From the NCBI GenBank assembly GCA_034722055.1, contig JAYENL010000154.1, forward strand, positions 24,444 through 80,841: DNA of 56,398 nucleotides, given 5' to 3'. This stretch comes from Armatimonadota bacterium. Its GTDB lineage: Bacteria; Armatimonadota; Zipacnadia; Zipacnadales; UBA5352. Below, one piece after another: positions 19,410 through 28,675 of this stretch. The notes below the pieces were generated by a model. That model was not told where the DNA came from, ran no database searches, and was given only the letters and a program-made list of their open reading frames with translations. How positions within the stretch are numbered: the stretch's first letter is position 1; each line of letters starts with the position of its first letter. The position numbers and the translations under genes were made by a program.

Positions 19410-19813
19410 TCGTACTCACACCCCATATCGAGCCGAGGACCATGCGCTGCTCCAGTTCGCTGTGCATTACCCGCATCTTGCGCACTTGAGGAGGTCCGAT
19501 GCCCGCAGTGCCGGGGGGAAGTGATATCCGGTCATGGAGGGGCCGCTCCGAGCGCCGCCGCCGGCGCGAGGAGTGAGGCCCGCCAGGGCCGAAGGTTCCA
19601 CCCCGGCCCATGTCGTTCTGCGAACGCCAAGACGGCCGGGCCGGGATGGAACCTGGCGCCTGCGCTCCACGATCGCGCAGGCGCCACCCTCGCTCCGCTC
19701 GGGCGGCCCCTCCACGAGACAACAAGACACGGCCCCGCCCTTGCCTCAACTCCATCGCAGCCCTCCCGTAAGATGTGGGTAATGTACAGCCACGGCCCAG
19801 ACAAATGCCTTTC

Positions 19814-20266
19814 CTACAGCTCGTAGACCTCCTGCCCGGGGATGACCGTGATTCCGGCCTCCTCGAGCAGCCCAAGTGTCGTGTCCAGCACCGAATCAGC
19901 CACCTTGAACAGCACCACCGCATCGCCCGCGATGGTGATGAAGAAGGCGTACATGTACTCCACGTTGATCTCCTCGGCCTGCAGATGCTCCAGCACCTCG
20001 CCCAGCCCGCCGGGACGGTCCGGGATGCGCAGCGCCAGCACCCCGGTGCTGCCCACCGAGAAGCCCTCGCTCTGCAGCACGTCCACGGCCGCGTCCGGGT
20101 CATCCACGATCAGCCGCAGGATGCCGAAGTCCGAGGTGTCGGCAATGCACAGCGCCCGGATGTTGATGTCATGCGCCCCCAGCGTCTGACACACCTCCGC
20201 GAGCCTGCCCGACTTGTTCTCGAGAAAGACCGAGACCTGCTTGGCCAGGATGTCGCCGCTGGTCAT
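19814..20266 (-). CDS. ACT-domain protein (the small regulatory partner that usually follows phenylacetate-CoA ligase genes)
   Basis: 150 aa with two ACT-like beta-alpha-beta-beta-alpha-beta halves (VFLENKSGRLAEVCQTLGAHDINI...; ...LRIPDRPGGLGEVLEHLQAEEINV). Lies 3 bp downstream of PaaK. Confidence 0.75.
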   Translation of the reverse strand: MTSGDILAKQVSVFLENKSGRLAEVCQTLGAHDINIRALCIADTSDFGILRLIVDDPDAAVDVLQSEGFSVGSTGVLALRIPDRPGGLGEVLEHLQAEEINVEYMYAFFITIAGDAVVLFKVADSVLDTTLGLLEEAGITVIPGQEVYEL

Positions 20267-20269
20267 CGC

Positions 20270-21571
20270 TCACGCCTCCTCACGCTTGTCAACGACTCGC
20301 TTGGCCTTGCCGGCGAAGCGCTCGATCGTCTTCGGCTCGACAAGCTTCACGTCCATCCGGATACCGATCGCCGAGCTCAGCCGCTCCCGGATCTTCTCCT
20401 CGATGGCCTCCAGCTTGCGCACCTCGTCCGAGAACATGCTCGGGGAGACCTCCACCTGCACCTCCAGGTTGTCCAGCCGCCCCTCCCGGGTGAGCACAAG
20501 CTGGTAGTGCGGCTCCACCTCCTCGATCTTCAGCAGGACCTCCTCGATCTGCGACGGGAAGACGTTCATGCCGCGGATGATGAGCATGTCATCGGTGCGC
20601 CCGGTGATGCGCTCCATCCGCGGCTGGGTGCGCCCGCACTCGCAGAGCTCGTAGTCCAGGCGGGAGATGTCCCTGGTGCGGAAGCGGATGAGGGGGAAGG
20701 CCCGCTTGGTGATGCAGGTGAAGACCAGCTCGCCCCTCTCTCCGGGCGGGAGCTGCTGGCCGGTGTCGGGGTCGATGATCTCGGGGATGAAGTGGTCGTC
20801 GAAGACGTGCAGGCCTCCCTTGGCCTCACACTCGGCCGAGACGCCGGGGCCGATGATCTCCGTCAGCCCGTAGATGTCGTGGGCCGACAGCCCCAGGCGC
20901 TCCTCGATGCTCTCCCGCGCGCCCTCGCTCCACGGCTCGGCGCCGAAGAGCCCGGACTTGAGGTCGATCCGGCTCAGATCGAAGCCCATCTCCTCCGCCT
21001 GGTCCACGATGGTGAGGGCGTAGGAGGGCGTGCAACAGAGGATGGAGCTGCCCAGGTCCTCCATGAGCATGAGCTGGCGCTCGGTGTTGCCGCCGGAGAC
21101 GGGCACCACCAGGCAGCCCATCCGCTCGCCGCCGTAGTGCAGCCCCAGGCCGCCGGTGAACAGCCCGTAGCCGTAGGCGTTGTGCAGCACGTCGTGGCTG
21201 GTGCCGCCGCCGCAGGCGATGGTGCGGGCGATGGTCTCCGCCCAGATGCTGATATCCTCCGGCGTGTACCCCGCGATCACCGGCTTGCCCGTGGTGCCCG
21301 AGGAGGCGTGGATGCGCACGCACTCCTCCGGCGGCACCGCGAACAGGCCGAAGGGGTAGGTGTCGCGCAGATCGTCCTTGGTGGTGAAGGGCAGGTGCTG
21401 CAGGTCATCCAGGGACCGGATGTCCTCCGGCGCGATGCCCTTCTCCGCGAACCTGTCGCGGTACCATGGGACGTTAACGTTGAGCCGAGCCACTGTCTCC
21501 CGAAGCCGCCGTACCTGCAGCTCGGCGCGCTGCTCGGGATCCATGCACTCATAGAACGGGTCCCAGATCAT
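20270..21571 (-). CDS. paaK: phenylacetate-CoA ligase (PaaK-family adenylate-forming enzyme), copy 1
   Basis: [14 protein letters not shown]... [10 protein letters not shown] (AMP-binding P-loop), YGLTE, and C-terminal [21 protein letters not shown] Shine-Dalgarno before the ATG at 21571. The listed 658-aa ORF is a read-through artefact across iorB. Confidence 0.88.
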   Translation of the reverse strand: MIWDPFYECMDPEQRAELQVRRLRETVARLNVNVPWYRDRFAEKGIAPEDIRSLDDLQHLPFTTKDDLRDTYPFGLFAVPPEECVRIHASSGTTGKPVIAGYTPEDISIWAETIARTIACGGGTSHDVLHNAYGYGLFTGGLGLHYGGERMGCLVVPVSGGNTERQLMLMEDLGSSILCCTPSYALTIVDQAEEMGFDLSRIDLKSGLFGAEPWSEGARESIEERLGLSAHDIYGLTEIIGPGVSAECEAKGGLHVFDDHFIPEIIDPDTGQQLPPGERGELVFTCITKRAFPLIRFRTRDISRLDYELCECGRTQPRMERITGRTDDMLIIRGMNVFPSQIEEVLLKIEEVEPHYQLVLTREGRLDNLEVQVEVSPSMFSDEVRKLEAIEEKIRERLSSAIGIRMDVKLVEPKTIERFAGKAKRVVDKREEA

Positions 21572-21651
21572 CTCCGACGCCTCCTTGTGACTGAGTGACG
21601 GCCCGTCGTCGAATGGCCATCGACCGCCCACCGCGCACCTGCCCGGCGCGG

Positions 21652-22242
21652 TCAGTCGGACTTCATCAGCTCCTGCCCCGCCCTGAAGGCCTCGAGGTTT
21701 ACGTCTACCGCTTCGGGTTTGAGCACCAGCCGCAGCGCCCGCTCCCACGCATCCCCCGGAAGCTCCACCAGCGTCGAGAGCGCCCCCAGCATGATGGTGT
21801 TGGCCGCCCGCGGCTCGCCCAGCTCCGTCGCCGCCTGTGCGGCCGCGATAACCGTCACCTCCCGGCCGCTGCCCAGCACACGCTCCAGGACGTCCTCGGG
21901 GTAGCTGAAGCCCTCCAGGTTCACGGTGACCGGCACGATGCGGCGCTCCTCGATCAGCACTGTGGCGTCCGGCGCGGTCTGCCCTATCTGCCGCAGACCC
22001 TCCAGCGGCTCGAAGGCCAGCATGATGCCGGCCGCCCCCTCGGGGATCAGCGGGGAGGCCACCTGCCCGTCGGGGCTGAACCGCACGTAGCTGTTGACGC
22101 TCCCCCCGCGCTGGCTCATGCCGTGGACCTCGCTCTTCTTGACCTCCCAGCCGGCCAGCCGGCAGGCCTGCGAGAGCACCGTGCTGGCGGTGATGATGCC
22201 CTGCCCCCCGACCCCGGTCAGAAGCACATTCGTTACCATCAC
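21652..22242 (-). CDS. iorB: indolepyruvate:ferredoxin oxidoreductase beta subunit (IorB)
   Basis: ~196 aa, N-terminal [14 protein letters not shown] Rossmann-like motif of the POR-gamma/IorB family. 4-nt overlap with iorA (ATGA on the minus strand). Confidence 0.85.
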   Translation of the reverse strand: MMVTNVLLTGVGGQGIITASTVLSQACRLAGWEVKKSEVHGMSQRGGSVNSYVRFSPDGQVASPLIPEGAAGIMLAFEPLEGLRQIGQTAPDATVLIEERRIVPVTVNLEGFSYPEDVLERVLGSGREVTVIAAAQAATELGEPRAANTIMLGALSTLVELPGDAWERALRLVLKPEAVDVNLEAFRAGQELMKSD

Positions 22243-24026
22243 GCATTGCCCTCCCCGGAGCCCTCAGGCGCCTTCAGGGCATCCACTGGACACACCTGCG
22301 CGCACATCAGGCAGCCGGTGCACAGCGCCGGGTCGATCTGCGGCAGCGGCCTCTCGCCACCATCGTCCACGCCTGACAGCGCCGGACAGCCGATGCGGAT
22401 GCACTGCCCGCAGCGGATGCACGTCTCCACGTCCAGCTCCGGCACCGGAGCCCGCTCCCGCACCGTGAGCACGCACTCACGCCTGGCGATCACCACCGAG
22501 GGCTCAGGGGAGGCCATCGCCTCCCGCAGCGCCCCCTCGGTGGCGGCCATGTCGTAGGGATCGACCACCCGCACATCCTCGATGCCGATGGCCCGCGCCA
22601 GCCTCGCGAAGTCCAGCTCCCGGCCTGGCATTCCCGAGAGCGTCTCACCAACTCCGGGATGCACCTGCCCGCCGGTCATGGCCGTGGTGCGGTTGTCCAG
22701 GATCACCGCCGTGCTCACGCCGGCGTTGTAGGCGATGTTCACCAGCCCGGTGATCCCCGAATGCGTGAAGGTGGAGTCCCCGATGACCGCCACCACCGGC
22801 GCCTCGTGGCCGCGGATCTTCTGGATGCCGTGGGCCTCCCCGATCCCGGCGCCCATGCACAGGCAGGTGTGCACCGCCTCCAGCGGCGGGAGCGTCCCCA
22901 GCGTGTAGCAGCCGATGTCGCCGGTCACGTATGCCCCCAGCTTCCGCAGCGCCACGAAGACGCTCCGGTGCGGGCAGCCGGGGCACAGCGTCGGCGGCCG
23001 CGGCGGCAGGTCCTCATCCGGCTCCCCCTCCGGCGGCCGCTCCCCCGTGATCATCTCCCGCACTCTGCCGGGGGTCAGCTCACCGATGCGGAAGCGATCA
23101 TCGACCGGCTCCACCTCCACGCCCAGCGCCATGACCTGCTCGGTGAGGTAGGGGTCAAGCTCCTCCACCACGCAGAGCCGCTCCAGCTCCTCGGCGAAGG
23201 CCCGAATGCGGTCGGCCGGCAGCGGCCACACCAGCCCCAGCTTCAGGAATGACGCCGTCGGGAAGGCCTCCTTGGCGTACTGATGGGCCACGCCGGCGGC
23301 GATGATGCCCAGCGAGCTGTCGCCCATCTCCTCCCGGTTCAGCTCTGTCTCCTCGGCGAAGGCCAGCAGCTTCCGCGTCCGCTCCGCCATCGCCACGCGT
23401 CGCCGCCGGGCGTGCGCGGGGATCATGACGTACTTCTCGGGGCACGGCTCCAGCTCGCCGGCCGGCTCCACGTCCTGCCGCTCGCCGACCTCCACGAGGC
23501 CGTCGGAGTGCGAGATGCGCGTCACGGGCCGCACCAGCACGGGGACGTCGAATCGCTCGCTGAGCTCGAAGGCCTGCATCGTCAGGTCCCGCGCCTCCTG
23601 GCTGTCGGCGGGCTGGAGCATGGGGACCTTCGCCGCGCGGGCGTAGTTGCGATTGTCCTGCTCGTTCTGCGAGCTGTGCATGGACGGGTCGTCGGCGGTG
23701 ACGATCACCAGCCCGCCCCCCACGCCGGTATACGAGAGCGTGAACAGCGGGTCGGCCGCCACGTTCAGCCCCACGTGCTTCATGGTCACCAGCGCGCGGG
23801 CGCCGGCGATGGAGGCCCCGGCCGCCACCTCCAGCGCTACCTTCTCGTTCACCGACCACTCCACGTAAACCCCGCCCAGCTCCTTCAGCGCCGGCAGAAT
23901 CTCCGACGACGGCGTCCCCGGATAGCCGCTGCCCAGACGGACCCCAGCCTCCCAGGCCCCGCGGGCGATGGCCTCGTTCCCCGACAGCAACAGGACGTCA
24001 GAGGCGCGCTTCGCGGTCTCTGCCAT
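22239..24026 (-). CDS. iorA: indolepyruvate:ferredoxin oxidoreductase alpha subunit (IorA), TPP and 2x[4Fe-4S]
   Basis: 595 aa. TPP-binding region (GDIGCYTLG...). C-terminal [13 protein letters not shown]...[12 protein letters not shown] double-ferredoxin motif. Confidence 0.88.
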   Translation of the reverse strand: MAETAKRASDVLLLSGNEAIARGAWEAGVRLGSGYPGTPSSEILPALKELGGVYVEWSVNEKVALEVAAGASIAGARALVTMKHVGLNVAADPLFTLSYTGVGGGLVIVTADDPSMHSSQNEQDNRNYARAAKVPMLQPADSQEARDLTMQAFELSERFDVPVLVRPVTRISHSDGLVEVGERQDVEPAGELEPCPEKYVMIPAHARRRRVAMAERTRKLLAFAEETELNREEMGDSSLGIIAAGVAHQYAKEAFPTASFLKLGLVWPLPADRIRAFAEELERLCVVEELDPYLTEQVMALGVEVEPVDDRFRIGELTPGRVREMITGERPPEGEPDEDLPPRPPTLCPGCPHRSVFVALRKLGAYVTGDIGCYTLGTLPPLEAVHTCLCMGAGIGEAHGIQKIRGHEAPVVAVIGDSTFTHSGITGLVNIAYNAGVSTAVILDNRTTAMTGGQVHPGVGETLSGMPGRELDFARLARAIGIEDVRVVDPYDMAATEGALREAMASPEPSVVIARRECVLTVRERAPVPELDVETCIRCGQCIRIGCPALSGVDDGGERPLPQIDPALCTGCLMCAQVCPVDALKAPEGSGEGNA

Positions 24027-25330
24027 CAGATCTGGGTCTCCTGCTCTCGTCTGTCGATGACGCGCACGGCCTTCCCGTCGGTGACCGGCAGCTCCCCCGG
24101 CTCGTGCAGCTCAACCTCCACGCTGATGTCCAGCTCCGAGTGCAGCCTCCGCGCGATGCGATCCCGCAGCGCGTTGAGCTGCCGCATCTGGTCCGTGAAG
24201 GCCTCCTGGGCCAGCTCCACGGCCACCGTCATGCGGTCCAGGTCCTCCGGGCGGTCGATGGTGATGACGTAGTTGTCGCCCACTTGCTCGACGCCCAGCA
24301 GCGCCCGCTCCACCTGCATGGGATACACGTTCACGCCCTTGACCACCAGCATGTCGTCGGTGCGCCCCTCGATCCGCGAGATACGCCCGTGCCGGCTGCC
24401 GCAGGGGCACTCGCCGGGGATCAGGTGCACGATGTCCCGGGTGCGGTAGCGGATCAGCGGCATGGCCTCCCGCCGCAGCGTGGTCAGCACCAGCTCCCCC
24501 GGCTGGCCCGGCTCCACCGGCTGGAGCGTCTCGGGGTCGAGCACCTCCGCGACGTAGTGGTCCTCGCACACGTGCAGCCCGCTCTGCTGGGCGCACTCCA
24601 TGGCGACGCCCGGCCCGCACATCTCCGAGAGCCCGTAGCAGTTGTAGACCCTGGCTCCGAAGCCCTCCTCGATGCGCCGGCGGAGCTGCTCGGAGTGCGG
24701 CTCGCCGCCCACGAAGATGACTCGCACCGAGAGGTCCTCCCGCGGGTCGATCCCCTGCTCACGACACATGTGCAGCACCCGCAGGGCGTAGCTGGGGATG
24801 ATGTGCAGCACCGTGGAGGCGAAGCTCTCCATCAGGTGGATCTGCCGCTCGGTGTTTCCGGAGCTGGCCGGGATGGTCATGCAGCCGATCAGCTCCCCGG
24901 CGTAGTGGAAGCCCAGCCCGCCGGTGAACAGCCCGTAGCCCATCATGTTCTGGAAGACGTCCTCGTCGGTGACGCCCGCCGCCAGCATCCCCCGAGCCAC
25001 GCACTCCGACCAGCGATCCACGTCGTCCCTGGTGTGGTAGACGGCGGTGGCCAGGCCCGTGGTGCCGGAGGAGTAGTGCATGCGGATGACCTCGCGCGGC
25101 TCCACGGCCAGGAAGCCGTGCGGCATGCCATCACGAAGCTGCTCCTTGGTGGTCAGCGGCAGCTTTCGCACGTCTTCGGGGCTGGCGATCTCCTCGCCGG
25201 CGATGCCCTCCAGCCGCTCGGCGTAGGCCGGCGTCGTCCGGGCGCGCTCCACCGTCTCGCGCAGCAGGCGCACCTGCATGCGCTCGATCTCGTCGCCGCT
25301 GAGGCCCACGGCATCGTCACGGTAGGGCAT
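24026..25330 (-). CDS. paaK: phenylacetate-CoA ligase (PaaK family), copy 2
   Basis: MPYRDDAVGLSGDEIERMQVRLL... HYSSGTTGLATAV... GRTDDMLVVKGVNVYP, paralogous to copy 1. Its TGA stop overlaps the iorA ATG (TGATG). Confidence 0.85.
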   Translation of the reverse strand: MPYRDDAVGLSGDEIERMQVRLLRETVERARTTPAYAERLEGIAGEEIASPEDVRKLPLTTKEQLRDGMPHGFLAVEPREVIRMHYSSGTTGLATAVYHTRDDVDRWSECVARGMLAAGVTDEDVFQNMMGYGLFTGGLGFHYAGELIGCMTIPASSGNTERQIHLMESFASTVLHIIPSYALRVLHMCREQGIDPREDLSVRVIFVGGEPHSEQLRRRIEEGFGARVYNCYGLSEMCGPGVAMECAQQSGLHVCEDHYVAEVLDPETLQPVEPGQPGELVLTTLRREAMPLIRYRTRDIVHLIPGECPCGSRHGRISRIEGRTDDMLVVKGVNVYPMQVERALLGVEQVGDNYVITIDRPEDLDRMTVAVELAQEAFTDQMRQLNALRDRIARRLHSELDISVEVELHEPGELPVTDGKAVRVIDRREQETQI

Positions 25331-25575
25331 CGTACGCGCGCCTTCCGTCGGGGATGTGCGCGTCCATCCGCTGGTCGCTTCGACTCGCTGCAGCGTGCGC
25401 CCTCGCCGTGTAGGTGACTGAGCGACGGCAGTGTTCCCGAAGCAGCCGGAGGTTGGCACTTCGCCCTCCGCACCTCCGCCACCTTCCCCACGATGCATGT
25501 GAGGAGGGAGGTGCGCCGCCAGATGCCTGGAAATGCCAATCAGGGCGATAGAGCGGCGTCCGGGAGGGGGTCGGC

Positions 25576-26775
25576 ATGACACACCGGCAGCGGATCCTCG
25601 GCGCCATCCGCGGCGAGCCGGTGGACCGCGTGCCCTGGGTGCCCCGGCTCGACCTGTGGTACAAGGCCAACCGGACGCGCGGCACGCTGCCGGCCGAGTG
25701 GCGGGACCTGTCCCTGCCGGAGATCGCGGCCGATCTCGGCGTCGGCCGCCACGAGGTCATCCCGGACTTCCTCGACGTCGAGGAGCCCGATCAGATCGCC
25801 GACCAGTCGCTCGGCCTCGTTCACGTCCGCAATCAGCCCTACCGCCTGCGCTTCCGCCGCACCGAGCGCATCGTCGAGCGCGACACCTCCCCCGACGGCG
25901 ATACCTACCGGGTCACCTACCGCACGCCGGTCGGGTCGGTGACCACCATCCTCCACTACACCCGGCAGATGCGCCGCGACGGCGTCACGCTCCTGCACAC
26001 GTCCAAGCGGGCCATAGAGTCGCTGGAGGACTACGAGGTCATCGCCTTCCTGTTCGAGGACCTTGAGGTGGACCCGGGCGGGAGGTACGATGCCTTTCGC
26101 GAGGAGGTGGGCGATGAGGGCGTGGCGGTGGCCTTCGCCAACGTCGCCGGCTCGCCGATGCATCACCTCCTCAAGGAGTTGGTGCCCTACGATCAGTTCT
26201 ACTACGACCTGCATGACCATCCGGACCTGATGGCGGAGACCGCCGTCCGCATGCAGGGGCTGCTCCGGGATGTGGTGGAGGCCTGCGCGGCCAGCAGCGC
26301 GGAGGTCGTGATGCTGGGGGCCAATTACGACGTGATGCTCACGCCCCCGCCGCTGTTCGCCGAGCACGTCGCGCCCTTCCTGACCGAGGCCACGGCGCGC
26401 CTGCACGAGGCGGGGAAGCTGGTGGCAACACACACCGATGGCGAGAACCAGGGCCTCCTGGAGTTGTATGTACAGTGTGGGGTGGATGTGGCGGACTCGG
26501 TCTGCCCCGCGCCGATGACGAGGCTGCCGCTGGCCGAGTACCGGCGCGTCTTCGGGACCCGTCCGGCCATCTGGGGCGGGATATGCTCGGCCAGCGTGTT
26601 GCCCGACAGCTTCACCGACGAGGAGTTCGAGGCGCATGTGGATGCGGCCGTCGAGGCCGGCGGTGACATGCGGGGCATCATCTACTCCATCGCCGACACC
26701 ACCCCTCCGGATGCCTCGCTCGATCGCATTCGGCGAATCGGCGACCGGCTGGCGGCGGTGCCATGCACGGGGTGA
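25576..26775 (+). CDS. uroporphyrinogen-decarboxylase (URO-D)-like family protein (MtaA/O-demethylase-methyltransferase-like)
   Basis: 399 aa, divergent from the ior operon, with a strong GGGAGGGGG Shine-Dalgarno. Family call rests on overall URO-D-like pattern (N-terminal ILGAIRGEPVDRVPWVP; C-terminal TPP...). Function not specified. Confidence 0.55.
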   Translation: MTHRQRILGAIRGEPVDRVPWVPRLDLWYKANRTRGTLPAEWRDLSLPEIAADLGVGRHEVIPDFLDVEEPDQIADQSLGLVHVRNQPYRLRFRRTERIVERDTSPDGDTYRVTYRTPVGSVTTILHYTRQMRRDGVTLLHTSKRAIESLEDYEVIAFLFEDLEVDPGGRYDAFREEVGDEGVAVAFANVAGSPMHHLLKELVPYDQFYYDLHDHPDLMAETAVRMQGLLRDVVEACAASSAEVVMLGANYDVMLTPPPLFAEHVAPFLTEATARLHEAGKLVATHTDGENQGLLELYVQCGVDVADSVCPAPMTRLPLAEYRRVFGTRPAIWGGICSASVLPDSFTDEEFEAHVDAAVEAGGDMRGIIYSIADTTPPDASLDRIRRIGDRLAAVPCTG

Positions 26776-26850
26776 AGCGGATTTCGTTTGGCCCTCCGCC
26801 CCGGGGGTATATTACTCATAGGGGACGAATAAGAGGGTGTACAGGAGAAT

Positions 26851-27438
26851 ATGGGCATAATCAGTTGGCTGCGGCGCATTGTGGCTGACTTTTTTTGTGT
26901 CGGCGAGGACACGACTCGCGAGGCGGAGCAGGTGCGCGCCGAGCTCGAGGAGCTGCGAACCCTCGTGCTCCTCGCCGTCGCCCAGGCCCGCCGCACCGAG
27001 CTTGACCTCAGGGAGCTGCTGGATGAGGCTGAGCCCGACGTGCGGAAGCTGACCCTCGCCATGTCTCGGCTGGAGGTGGAGCGGGGCCGCGCGCGGGAGC
27101 TGGTGGACCGCTTCCGCCGCCGGGAGAGGGAGGCGGCGGACCGCCTCGCCAGGCTGGGCGACGTGCGTATGGCCGAGGAGATCAACCAGCGGCGAGATGA
27201 GCTGCGCAGGTCCATCGGGGAGACCGGGGAAGCTCTCGACAGGCAGGAGCTCACCCGCCTGGAGGACGAGGCGCGCGCCGAGGCGTATCGGCTGGATGTG
27301 CTGGAGCGGCTGGAGGCCGACAGCGAGACACCGGAGGCTGCGCCGTATACACCGCCGCCGAGTGAGGAGAATGTCATCTCCCGAGCGCGGGCGCTGCTGG
27401 AGGAGCCGAACATCGAGGAGCCCCTGTCCGAGGACTGA
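26851..27438 (+). CDS. coiled-coil protein, tentatively PspA/IM30-like
   Basis: 195 aa starting MGIISWLRRIV (compare PspA MGIFSRF...). Almost entirely heptad-like charged coiled-coil. Sits immediately upstream of the NfeD-like/flotillin pair. Confidence 0.45.
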   Translation: MGIISWLRRIVADFFCVGEDTTREAEQVRAELEELRTLVLLAVAQARRTELDLRELLDEAEPDVRKLTLAMSRLEVERGRARELVDRFRRREREAADRLARLGDVRMAEEINQRRDELRRSIGETGEALDRQELTRLEDEARAEAYRLDVLERLEADSETPEAAPYTPPPSEENVISRARALLEEPNIEEPLSED

Positions 27439-27486
27439 GTGCCCGGCTCGGGCCTGCAGTGGCGAGGTTGAGAGGAGGTTAGACCG

Positions 27487-28515
27487 ATGGCGTTGCTCGA
27501 ATGGTACAACTTGATCTTCGTGGCTCCCGTTGGTCTGGCCGGCGTCTACCTGGTCCTGAGCGCCACGAGCATTGGCGACCTGACCGGGGAGACGGATGTG
27601 GACACTGACGTGGATGCCGACCTCGACCACGACGTGGACCTGGGAATGGACCATGATGTGGACACGGACATGGACCATGACCTGGACCTGGACATGGATC
27701 ATGACGTCGATCTGGACATGGATCACGACGTTGATCTCGACATGGACCATGATGTCGATGTGGACATGGACCATGATGTTGATGTGGGGATGGACCACGA
27801 CCTCGACGTCGATCATGACATCGACATGGATCACGATGTGGATGTCGATCACGACGTTGAGCTCGGCCACGACGTAGACATGGACCATGACGTAGACATG
27901 GACCATGACGTGGACATGGACCACGATGTGGACGTCGGCCACGACGCCGATGTCGGTCACGACGCGGACCTCGGTCACGACGTGGAGGCCGAGCACGATC
28001 TGGAGGCCCACCACGAGGCGACCGTGCACGCCCATGAGCCGTCCCTCTTCCTCCGAGCCCTGTCGGTGCTTGGGTTCGGGAAGGTCCCGCTATCGATCCT
28101 GGGCACCTGTCTGATGGTGCTGTTCGGCGCCACGGGTCTGATCGCCAACGGGCTGTTCGAGCACGTGCTGCCCTGGGAGTGGGCGCCCACGGTCTACGTG
28201 TGGCCGTCACTGGCGCTTGCCGTCTTCGCGTCCCTGACGCTCACCGGCTCCATGGCCCGGGGGCTGCATCGGATTATGCCCACCCGCGAGACCTACGCGG
28301 TGGGCCCCGAGGACCTGGTGGGCCGGGTCGGCGTCCCCATCTACGGCATCAGCGCCGGGCGGCGGGGCGTGGTCCACGTCAAAGATGAGGGTGGCACTCT
28401 GCACCAGGTGATGGGCCGGTCGCTTGAGGGGGACCTCGCCAAGGGCGCAGAGGTCATCCTGGTACGCTACCATCCGAAGGGGGATTACTATGACCTCACA
28501 GCCTCGCCCCTGTAG
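27487..28515 (+). CDS. NfeD-like (YuaF-type) membrane protein with an inserted Asp/His-rich (DHDVDM)n repeat region
   Basis: N-terminal TM helix, then ~23 tandem hexapeptides, then 2-3 TM helices, then a C-terminal OB-fold-like segment (GRVGVPIYGISAGRRGVVHV...GAEVILVRYHP) typical of short NfeD proteins that pair with flotillins. Confidence 0.7.
   Translation: MALLEWYNLIFVAPVGLAGVYLVLSATSIGDLTGETDVDTDVDADLDHDVDLGMDHDVDTDMDHDLDLDMDHDVDLDMDHDVDLDMDHDVDVDMDHDVDVGMDHDLDVDHDIDMDHDVDVDHDVELGHDVDMDHDVDMDHDVDMDHDVDVGHDADVGHDADLGHDVEAEHDLEAHHEATVHAHEPSLFLRALSVLGFGKVPLSILGTCLMVLFGATGLIANGLFEHVLPWEWAPTVYVWPSLALAVFASLTLTGSMARGLHRIMPTRETYAVGPEDLVGRVGVPIYGISAGRRGVVHVKDEGGTLHQVMGRSLEGDLAKGAEVILVRYHPKGDYYDLTASPL
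27592..28012 (+). repeat. in-frame tandem 18-bp repeat (consensus gaccatgacgtggacatg) encoding (M)DHDVD hexapeptides, ~23 units
   Basis: Directly visible in the sequence. Units vary by point substitutions (D/G, V/L/I, M/L/V), giving an Asp/His-rich acidic stretch. Confidence 0.9.
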
Positions 28516-28675
28516 GGGCCGCGGGGGAGGATGGCTGTCAGCGCCGGTAACGCCCCTGGCCCTGAAGATGTCCCGGCGGCCGGGAACCGCGAACGTACAT
28601 CCTCCGCCCCGGACAGCGGGCGTTTGCGACCAGCCGCGAACGTACGCAAACACAGACTGATGGAGGGGAACACTG

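Noticed and set aside
20270-22246. 658-aa ORF fusing PaaK with upstream sequence
   Set aside because: The N-terminal 220 aa are an out-of-frame overlap of iorB. PaaK homology and a GGAGG Shine-Dalgarno define the true start at 21571.
26783-26813. Promoter candidate upstream of the PspA-like gene (TTTCGT ... TATATT)
   Set aside because: The -10-like TATATT is present but no acceptable -35 at 16-19 bp spacing. Left unannotated.
27592-28012. Possible CRISPR array (regular short repeats)
   Set aside because: The repeats are contiguous 18-bp units with no spacers, in frame inside a CDS, and encode a peptide repeat. This is a coding minisatellite, not CRISPR.
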